From: Atopobiaceae bacterium
GTDB taxonomy: Bacteria > Actinomycetota > Coriobacteriia > Coriobacteriales > Atopobiaceae
NCBI GenBank assembly: GCA_017545665.1
Contig: JAFWKQ010000034.1
Span: forward strand, 26,302-90,301
Direction of reading: 5' to 3'
Length of the DNA: 64,000 nt
The notes under the pieces were generated by a model. That model was not told the origin of the DNA, made no database searches, and saw only the letters and a program-made list of their open reading frames with translations. The first letter of the stretch is position 1, and every line of letters begins with the position of its first letter. Below, one piece after another: positions 19,890-26,723 of the stretch. The translations under genes and the position numbers were made by a program.

Positions 19890-20927
19890 ATGACAGATCA
19901 AAGGAACAGGCACTCCCCCGACCCAACCCTCGCCTACTACGCCGCACACGCTCAAGAGTTCGCCGACTCCACCGTGGGCGTCGAGTTCTCGCATACGCAG
20001 CACAAGTTCGAAGAGCTCCTCCCGCCCGGCGCGCGCATTCTGGACTTCGGCTGCGGGTCTGGTCGCGACACCAAGCACTTCCTCGAGGCCGGCTACGACG
20101 TCGTTGCCATAGACGGGTCCCCCGAGCTCTGCCAATACGCCCATGAGCTCACGGGGATCCCCCATCCGAAACGAGCGGTTCCAGGACCTTGTCGACGTCG
20201 AGGCATACGACGGAATCTGGGCGTGCTCGTCCATACTCCACCTTCCCAAGGCGGAGCTCCCCGGCGTCCTTGCGCTCATGGTTCGGGCGCTCAGGCTCCA
20301 CGGCATTATCTACACCTCGTTCAAGCTCGGTGGCTTCGATGGCATGCGCAACGGCCGCTACTTCTCCGACTTCACGGAGCCGGAGCTGCGCGACCTCATC
20401 GGCTCGATCCCGCAGCTCGCCTGATTATTCCGACGTAAACCATCAGTCCTTCCAAGATTTGCCGGCACCCGTTCCAAACTGAGACGGCACCCGTTCCAGA
20501 GCGTCGGCACCTGTTTCGCCCCAGCCTAATCTCAGCCATCATGCCGGTTGGTGCAGAATCGCATAACGTGTGCCAGCTCCATATCCGGAAGCTAGAGAAA
20601 CTAAATCTCTCGCGTGGATAGACACATTTCGACCGTCCCAGATTCGCTGTGAGGGCGTCCGATGGCCAATCTCTATGCCAATGGGTGGTCGATGCTGGCT
20701 TCGATGATTCCCCGCTTGTCTCAGTAGTGAATAGTGGGTGCCGATGCTCTGGAAAGGGTGCCGGTGCCCGTAATGGGTGCCGGCACCCGGAACACCTGAC
20801 CGATGATCTGGAACAGCCGCCGTTATGGCTTGGAATAATCACCGTCGAGGAGCTCTGGACGTCTGGCGACGTGCGCCCCGGAAGGGAGAGCGAGCAGTGG
20901 TTGAACGTGCTCCTGCGCAAGGCATAG
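19890..20927 (+). pseudogene. Class I SAM-dependent methyltransferase, inactivated by a +1 frameshift in a C5 run and by insertion of MITE-like element B
   Basis: Frame 1 reads …ARILDFGCGSGRDTKHFLEAGYDVVAIDGSPELCQYAHELTGIP. After the C-run at 20159-20163, frame 2 continues IRNERFQDLVDVEAYDGIWACSSILHL…DFTEPELRDLIGSIPQLA. A TGA supplied by the first 3 nt of the element (20422) ends it. The conserved family C-terminus (T)VEELWTSGDVRPGRESEQWLNVLLRKA* resumes at 20841-20927. Confidence 0.75.
20422..20841. mobile_element. MITE-like non-autonomous element B (420 bp), same family as element A
   Basis: The tips are TGATTATTCCG … TGGAATAATCA. The left-end cores lie at 20428, 20450, 20472, 20494 and 20514 (22-bp phasing) within CGGCACCCGTTCCA units. 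Inverted units lie at 20750, 20770, 20788, 20809 and 20831. The element interrupts the methyltransferase reading frame. Confidence 0.7.
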
Positions 20928-23419
20928 CGCTCCCCGCCCCGCTCGACGGGTTCGTGCTGCGCGAGTCGGTCGCCTACCCAAACGGCGGCCGGAGCCTGTT
21001 CTATGTGTGCGACGGCGACGCGCTCATCCTTGGTGACGGCATCTGCCAGGTTACCGATGACCGCATGCTGTTCGACTACTCCCTCATCACCAGCATGCAG
21101 AACGCCTACGCAGCGCGGTATCGGCGAGTGTTTCGCTTTTTGCGCGAGGACGTGGGCCAGGCCGAAAGGTTCCTGAGGTACGACATCGAGTACGGCGAAG
21201 CGATTCCTAAGAGAATGCCTGCCGACCAGGCGAACATCGCCGAAGCCACGCCTCTCGAACGTGCCTTCGAGGAGCACTTCGCCAACGTCTACGGCGCAAA
21301 CAGCACGCAATGCCTGTGGCGCGAGTACGGCATAACGGACGCGGAGGGGCACACGCGCTACATCGACTACGTCGTCAGGACGAGGAACGGTCTTCTCGGC
21401 GTGGAGGAGAACGGCGTCTCCTACCACCATCCCCAGATCATCGGCAGGCACCGCTACCGGGAGCAGCTGCTCAAGCAGAACTCCTGCCAGCAGCTCGGCA
21501 TCAAGCCCTTTCGCTTCTCGACCGAGGACTGCAGATTCGCCGAACGGTTTGAAGACGACATCCGCTCCTACTTCGGCAACGACAGGAAGTCGTTTCTGGA
21601 TCCCGGCCTTGTCTTGGACAGGCCCTTCGAGCTGTACGAGCACCAGGAGGGCGCCCTGGACGAGATCGACCGACGTCGGGCCGAGGGCACCAAGAGCTTC
21701 CTTGCCGTGCTGCCCACCGCGAGCGGCAAGTCGCGTATCGTGGAGGAAGACCTTGCTCGGTTCGCGTACGCGCATCCCGATTGCCGTGCCCTCATACTCG
21801 CGCCCAGCACCGCGATCGTCGATGACTGGAAACATCGCATACGATCTTCTTTTCCTGCACTTGCCAATCGCACGCTCGTTTGCACGTATGGCTTCATGAC
21901 CAGACGATACACGCAGTATGCGCCCGACGACTTCGATTACATCGTGGTAGACGAGGCCCACCATGCGGTCGCGCCGGCGCTCAAGCGCACGATTCAGTAC
22001 TTCGACCCCGCGTTTCTCATCGGCCTCACGGCAACGGACCAGCGCCCGGACAAGAAGAGCCTGAGCGCGGTTTTCGGCTCGTACCGCGCGGGCTTGTCTC
22101 TTACCGACGCCATGGAGAAGGGCATCGTGGCGACGGCGCGCGCGTTTAGGATCGAGACCAACGTAGACCTGAGCAACGTGCGCATAAACGGCCGAGACTA
22201 CGTAAACGCCGACCTAGAGAAGACGGTGCGCGTGACCTCCCGGAACGACCTCATCGTGGACGTGCTGCGCGAGTACTTTTGCGAGGGAGACGCAGGGCGG
22301 TGCCAGGGCGTCGCGTTCTGCGCCAACGTCCGGCACGCAAAGGAGATGAAGCGGCTGCTTTGCGCCGCCTGCAAACGCGCGCGGGCGATATACGGGCAGA
22401 GCAAGGGAAGGACCGCGCAGGCGATGCGGGACTTTCGCGACGGCAAAATCCGCTTCCTCTGCAGCTGCCAGATGATATCGCAGGGCTGGGACTACCCCGA
22501 GCTCGGCATCCTCGTGATGACGCGGCCCACCCTCTTGCGCGTGCTGTACCTGCAGCAGCTCGGGCGCGGCCTGCGAAGGACCCCCTCGAAGAGGGACGTG
22601 TTCGTGATCGACGTGGTGGACGAGTACGGCAGCATGGCCGCTCCGTGCTCGCTGCACTCCATCTTCCAGAACCCCTACTACGTGCCGTTCGGGAGCATCC
22701 TTCGCCGCGACTACGAGCCTGGGGAGTGGGTGGAGGTCGACGGCGTCCGCGAGCGGATAGAGCGCATCGTCGAGGTCGACGTCGCGTCGTTCGCGGAGAG
22801 GTACGAGGGGTACCTGAGCGTGGAGCAGGTCGCGCGCGAGTTCTTCGTGAGCACGGGCACCTTTGGCGGCTGGGTCAGGCGCGGCCGCCTGGCACCGACC
22901 GTCACCTTCGAGTTCGGCAGCAGGCGCATCCACATGTTCAGCCCCGAGGACGTGGAGGCGGCGCGCGTGCGCCTGGGCATTCCCGTCCACGACGACACGA
23001 CCATACGCGATGACTTCCTCGCCTTCCTGGAGGCGCGCGACTACTCGCTCTCGTACAAGATGCCATTCATGCTCTCGTTCCTCGACCACATGGACTCCGC
23101 CACGGGCGCGGCGCAGATCGACGACGTGCTGGACGACTACATCGCGTTCTACGCGGACCGCCTCCGGCGAGGTCTGCGGGTCGACCGCGCGACGTGCCCC
23201 TACGACGAGGCCAGGCTCGCCAACCGCAAGTTCGTAAGGAGCAGCATGCTCACCAACCCGTTCGAGAAGTTCGAGCGCAAGCGGTTCATGTACTACTCCA
23301 AGGACCTCGGGCAGATCTCGCTCAACCACGCCCTTCTCGCCAGCCTGAGCGACGCCGACTACGAGGCGATCCGCGCACAGATGCGCGCCGACCTGGAGGA
23401 CTACTACGCCAAGCTGTGA
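20825..23419 (+). CDS. Vsr/DUF559-like endonuclease domain + SF2 (DEAH) helicase + HTH + C-terminal uncharacterised domain
   Basis: The N-terminal segment has YIDYVVRTRNGLLGVEENGVSYHHP…FRFSTED (D…E-x-G-x-x-H nuclease pattern). The helicase motifs are LPTASGKS, VVDEAHH, LTATDQR and QQLGRGLRR. A MerR/excisionase-like HTH (LSVEQVAREFFVSTGTFGGWVRRGRL) follows. The ORF-track start at 20825 lies inside element B, so the real start is probably downstream (GTG 20954 or later). Confidence 0.75.
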   Translation: MAWNNHRRGALDVWRRAPRKGERAVVERAPAQGIALPAPLDGFVLRESVAYPNGGRSLFYVCDGDALILGDGICQVTDDRMLFDYSLITSMQNAYAARYRRVFRFLREDVGQAERFLRYDIEYGEAIPKRMPADQANIAEATPLERAFEEHFANVYGANSTQCLWREYGITDAEGHTRYIDYVVRTRNGLLGVEENGVSYHHPQIIGRHRYREQLLKQNSCQQLGIKPFRFSTEDCRFAERFEDDIRSYFGNDRKSFLDPGLVLDRPFELYEHQEGALDEIDRRRAEGTKSFLAVLPTASGKSRIVEEDLARFAYAHPDCRALILAPSTAIVDDWKHRIRSSFPALANRTLVCTYGFMTRRYTQYAPDDFDYIVVDEAHHAVAPALKRTIQYFDPAFLIGLTATDQRPDKKSLSAVFGSYRAGLSLTDAMEKGIVATARAFRIETNVDLSNVRINGRDYVNADLEKTVRVTSRNDLIVDVLREYFCEGDAGRCQGVAFCANVRHAKEMKRLLCAACKRARAIYGQSKGRTAQAMRDFRDGKIRFLCSCQMISQGWDYPELGILVMTRPTLLRVLYLQQLGRGLRRTPSKRDVFVIDVVDEYGSMAAPCSLHSIFQNPYYVPFGSILRRDYEPGEWVEVDGVRERIERIVEVDVASFAERYEGYLSVEQVAREFFVSTGTFGGWVRRGRLAPTVTFEFGSRRIHMFSPEDVEAARVRLGIPVHDDTTIRDDFLAFLEARDYSLSYKMPFMLSFLDHMDSATGAAQIDDVLDDYIAFYADRLRRGLRVDRATCPYDEARLANRKFVRSSMLTNPFEKFERKRFMYYSKDLGQISLNHALLASLSDADYEAIRAQMRADLEDYYAKL

Positions 23420-23597
23420 TTTTTTAAAAGGACGCACTCTAAGCCAAACCCCACGTCAGTCAGCGTAAGTGTGCTGAGTGTCTCGCCGCCTCGACGACGC
23501 CCTTGTCAGCATACCGACAAGACGGAGAGGGGCTGTGCAGACGCCACTCCGTTAATCGATTGGCGACCAGAGAGAGTTACGGCTTCGCACACGGTCT

Positions 23598-23638
23598 CCT
23601 TCGCAAGCCCATCCCCGCGCGCTACCTCCCCAAGACCA
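23598..23638 (+). repeat. Vestigial copy 1 of the 3-prime end of the DUF3427 helicase gene
   Basis: 41 nt CCTTCGCAAGCCCATCCCCGCGCGCTACCTCCCCAAGACCA match 17382-17422 with one mismatch. Confidence 0.85.
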
Positions 23639-23757
23639 GTCGTATCGCAGAGAACTATACAGAGTGATGGTTTCCAACCTGGATGATTTGCCCAAGCCGT
23701 ACGTCTGTGGCTAAGAATGTGGTATAAAAAGGTTAGTGGCTAATGCTACTTTCAAGA

Positions 23758-23786
23758 GCCGGGGGCTTTCCCCCGGCATTCTTTTT
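23758..23786 (+). terminator. Rho-independent terminator
   Basis: GCCGGGGG-CTTT-CCCCCGGC followed by ATTCTTTTT. Confidence 0.7.
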
Positions 23787-23814
23787 CTAAACAGCATGTG
23801 CGATTGGAGGTGGC

Positions 23815-24489
23815 ATGAAAGAGCTCTCTGTGTTCGTCGACGAGTCTGGTGAGTTCGGCTCAAGCTCAAAGTATTATCTGGTGACACTGCTCTTCCATGA
23901 TTAAAGCCTGGACGTTACCTCCATTATTGACGGTCATGCTCAAGCTCTGAGACAGTCGTCATTGGACGATGTGCAATTTCATATGACGCCACTTTTGCGA
24001 GGTCACGATCATTACGCGAGTATGGAACTCGGAGATCGAAAGCGCCATCTAGCACGGTTCTTGGCTTTCTATCGCAGGCTACCTGTTACCACGTTTACCT
24101 TGTCGTATAGGAAGTCGGAGTTCCCATCATACGAGCGAATGCTGCAGCGTATGAAACGGGACCTTACGATGTATCTCCTTGACCATCTTGATCACCTCCA
24201 ACAGTTCGATCGTGTAAAGGTCTATTACGATGGCGGACAGCGCGAAGTAAGCGACATGTTGCATGCCGCAATTGAATACTCGCTTGCTCGCGAGGCGATT
24301 ATGTTTCGCAATGCATTGCCATCAAACTATCGCCTTGCGCAAGCTGCTGATTTCGTTTGCAGTATAGAGTTGGCTGCGCTCCGCTACTCATCCCATGAGA
24401 ACACGCAAACGGATGCGATCTTCTTTGGCGGCTCAAATGCCTTCAAGAAGAATTGGCTAAAGCACATTCGAAGGAAGCGCTTGAAGTAA
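23815..24489 (+). pseudogene. DUF3800-family gene with an in-frame TAA at codon 30
   Basis: GGAGG is followed by ATG 23815 and MKELSVFVDESGEFGSSSKYYLVTLLFHD*S…. The paralogue at 32665 reads …LVLHDQS, so this is a CAA->TAA change at 23902-23904. The same frame continues to 24489. Confidence 0.7.
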
Positions 24490-24540
24490 GCAGGTGGGGC
24501 AGGTTTATCGTCATACGCAAGGGTGTGCGCTTGGTGCCCG

Positions 24541-24692
24541 ACAACGTCGCGCTGTTCGTGCGCGAGTACAAGAAGGACGGCTTCGGCCTCACTGCGCCGT
24601 TTTGCCTCCTCGGCCTTGTCGACTACCGCTCGCACGAGGGCGAGCGTCCCGTGTCCATCATCTGGAGCCTCCGCAAGCCCATCCCCGTGCGC
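24541..24692 (+). repeat. Vestigial copy 2 of the DUF3427 helicase C-terminal coding region (~150 bp, diverged)
   Basis: Translates as NVALFVREYKKDGFGLTAPFCLLGLVDYRSHEGERPVSIIWSLRKPIP. The intact gene (17256-17410) reads NVALFVREYKKDSFGLTAPFCFLGLVDYRSHEGERPMSIVWSLREPIP. Confidence 0.85.
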
Positions 24693-24771
24693 GTTGCCCC
24701 ACGGGTACCCAAAAGCGGCCTCCGGTATCATCGACCGAGCCCGTTTCCTCCCACGCCGATCGGAGTCCCCG

Positions 24772-25500
24772 ATGCATAACCATACGCCCTCTCCGCTCCC
24801 CGACCCCGCCGCCCTTGTCCCCGTGCCGGACGAGCTCTTCTCGGCCACGACTGGCTCCCAGCTCCTGTTCGAAATGCGAGACATGACCGACGAGACCATG
24901 GAGGAGTTCAACGGCCTGCACGACACCCGCGGCAACCGGAACTGGGCGGGCTGCGTCGAGCTCGTGGCGCAGGAGGGCATCGAGCCCACCTTCATTGGAT
25001 GCAAGAGCGAGGCGATGGAGGACAACCTCTTCTGCATCCGAGAGTCTATGGCAGACATCCTTGCCTGGATGTACAGTGAGCGCCTGCTCGTCGACACGAA
25101 GACAAAAGGCGTTGCGACGCTCTGCGCGCACATGGCGCACGTCAATCCCCTGGGTTGGCGACGGCCCCGCCTGTACGAGAAAGTGGTGAAGGACTTTCTC
25201 TTCGCATCCTTCTCCGGCATGACGGGGTCGCGCCCCTGGGACGGGTCGGAGCAGGTTAATGGTGGCTACGTGGTGGTGCTTCCCGATGGCGAGGTTCTCT
25301 GCTACCACGCGAGCGACCGGGAGCGGTTCCGCGACTACCTGTTCCACAACACGTTCATCGAATACGTGAGCTGCAAGAAGTTCCGATGGGGCTACGTGGA
25401 GAAGGACGACCAGGGTCGCTACGTGCTGCCGCTCAACGCTGCCGTGCGATTCAACAAGGTCACCCAGCTACGTTATGCGCGAGAGTATGGTGGCGGATAG
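24772..25500 (+). pseudogene. HpaII-family type II restriction endonuclease, N-terminally truncated; no cognate methyltransferase nearby
   Basis: The C-terminal region GGYVVVLPDGEVLCYHASDRERFRDYLFHNTFIEYVSCKKFRWGYV…YVLPLNAAVRFNK resembles the HpaII endonuclease C-terminus as I recall it. Only 242 aa remain from the first ATG, which is shorter than I recall for this family. No C5-methyltransferase gene is in the window. Confidence 0.55.
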
Positions 25501-25583
25501 CCGATGGGTCTAAATCCAAAAAAGAATGCCTAAAGGCTCGGCAGCATCAAGGCGTTCGACCCCTGCAGTAGGCCAAATTCTCC

Positions 25584-25614
25584 TTGACTGCGATCCTGTG
25601 GATGTGGGTATAAT
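25584..25614 (+). promoter_or_regulatory. Candidate sigma70-type promoter for a short RNA antisense to the peptide gene 25689..25808
   Basis: TTGACT (25584-25589), a 19-nt spacer, then TATAAT (25609-25614) inside the 11-mer TGGGTATAATG, which recurs at 26209-26219. Confidence 0.4.
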
Positions 25615-25670
25615 GGGGTCGACGGCGCAGCCCGCGTTGCTGCTCGGGCGACGCCTCGAGCTATCTTAAG

Positions 25671-25699
25671 AAGGCCCTAGGTTGCAGCCTAGCGGCCTT
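25671..25699. terminator. Bidirectional hairpin shared by the peptide mRNA and the putative antisense RNA
   Basis: AAGGCCCTAGG-TTGCAG-CCTAG(C)GGCCTT. It overlaps the TAG stop of the peptide ORF and is followed on the plus strand by the T/C-rich CCTCCTTCTCTTT. Confidence 0.45.
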
Positions 25700-25808
25700 C
25701 CTCCTTCTCTTTGCTGTCGTCCGCGATCACGGTATGGTCCCTCTTGAGCAATGCAGCCAGCGTGGCAATAGCCGTCACCAGCTTGATTATCTCCGTCAAC
25801 AGTTCCAT
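25689..25808 (-). CDS. 39-aa hydrophobic peptide, candidate type I toxin
   Basis: MELLTEIIKLVTAIATLAALLKRDHTVIADDSKEKEEGR. The SD GGGAGG lies 8-9 nt upstream. Just 5-prime of it, the mRNA carries CCUCCC, which can pair with the SD (GCCUCCC-GGGA-GGGAGGU). Confidence 0.5.
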   Translation of the reverse strand: MELLTEIIKLVTAIATLAALLKRDHTVIADDSKEKEEGR

Positions 25809-26184
25809 GGGCTTTCACCTCCCTCCCGGGAGGCGTCGCCCGATCGCGGGGCTTACGCGCCGCCGACCTTGTCGAAAACTATAGCACTTCGCGTCCTGAA
25901 TTTGTTGATAATTCACCTCGCTTTTCTTCATCAATGATGATGTAAGCCGTCGCAACTGCACCGCCACGGCCTTTACCGCATGCAATAGTTTTGACCACAA
26001 TGAGGACCCGGTGGCCGCCGGGTCTTCCCATGTTTATCCAACGTCATCCATTCACTCGCGCTTATGTTTCTTCCACCGTCCGCAGGTCCCCAGGGCGAGC
26101 TTGGCGAGCAGTCGGATCACGGTCACGGTCGACTGGTTTCCCAACCTCTCAGCACTCTCAACCGATCAACGATTGCCAATTCAG

Positions 26185-26343
26185 TTACGTTTGACGTCCT
26201 CGTCCATATGGGTATAATGAAGGCAAACGGTGATGCCCGTCGGGCTGGCTGGGCCGCGCCGTTCTAGCTTTTCGGGTCGGGGTCCTGTGGGTGGGACATA
26301 CGAAGGCTGTTGCGAGCTTGAGGAACTCCCTCAGCGTATCCAT
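26185..26343 (-). CDS. 52-aa paralogue of the hydrophobic peptide (divergent basic tail)
   Basis: MDTLREFLKLATAFVCPTHRTPTRKART… aligns at its N-terminus with MELLTEIIKLVTAIA. The SD GAGGAGG lies 9 nt upstream of ATG 26343. Confidence 0.35.
   Translation of the reverse strand: MDTLREFLKLATAFVCPTHRTPTRKARTARPSQPDGHHRLPSLYPYGRGRQT
26191..26218 (+). promoter_or_regulatory. Second candidate antisense promoter
   Basis: TTGACG (26191-26196), a 16-nt spacer, then TATAAT (26213-26218). It points into the 3-prime part of the peptide ORF 26185..26343. Confidence 0.35.
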
Positions 26344-26466
26344 GGGGCACCACCTCCTCTTCGAGGCACGGCCCAGCGGAACGGGACTTACACACCGCTT
26401 ACCGGAATCCCAGTGTATCACGTCTTATCTATTTTGGAGTGTCTATTTGCTTACATAAGGCCCCCG

Positions 26467-26607
26467 CTATCTTGCGCCTCGTCCCCAGAGGCCCTCGTCC
26501 TCTTTCGCGCGGTCATCGTCCGCGATCGTGGGATGGTCCCTCTTGAGCAATGCCGCCAGCGTGGCGAGAGCCGTCACCAGCTTGATTATCTCCGTCAACA
26601 GTTCCTT
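26467..26607 (-). pseudogene. Third copy of the peptide gene with its start codon destroyed
   Basis: (K)ELLTEIIKLVTALATLAALLKRDHPTIADD… keeps the same upstream CCTCCCGGGAGG/SD block, but ATG is replaced by TAAG (CCCTAAGGAACTG versus CCCATGGAACTG). Confidence 0.45.
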
Positions 26608-26723
26608 AGGGCTTTCGCCTCCCTCCCGGGAGGCGTCGCCCGATCGCAGGGCGATCGCGGGGCTTACGCGCTTTTTACTCGTATAACTGTGTCACTTTGA
26701 GACACCTCATATCAAACACTCTG

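Noticed and set aside
20396-23437. Long minus-strand ORFs 20396..21964 (522 aa) and 22214..23437 (407 aa)
   Set aside because: They are antisense shadows of the very GC-rich helicase gene 20825..23419. The translations are Arg/Ala/Gly/Val-rich with no motifs, whereas the plus strand carries a full set of helicase motifs.
24384-25347. Minus-strand ORFs 24384..25220 (278 aa) and 24658..25347 (229 aa), and the N-terminal extension 24523..24771 of the HpaII-like ORF
   Set aside because: The minus-strand ORFs are antisense to the HpaII-like sequence. The 5-prime extension is the DUF3427 scar read in a wrong frame (Ser/Ala/Arg/Pro-rich nonsense).
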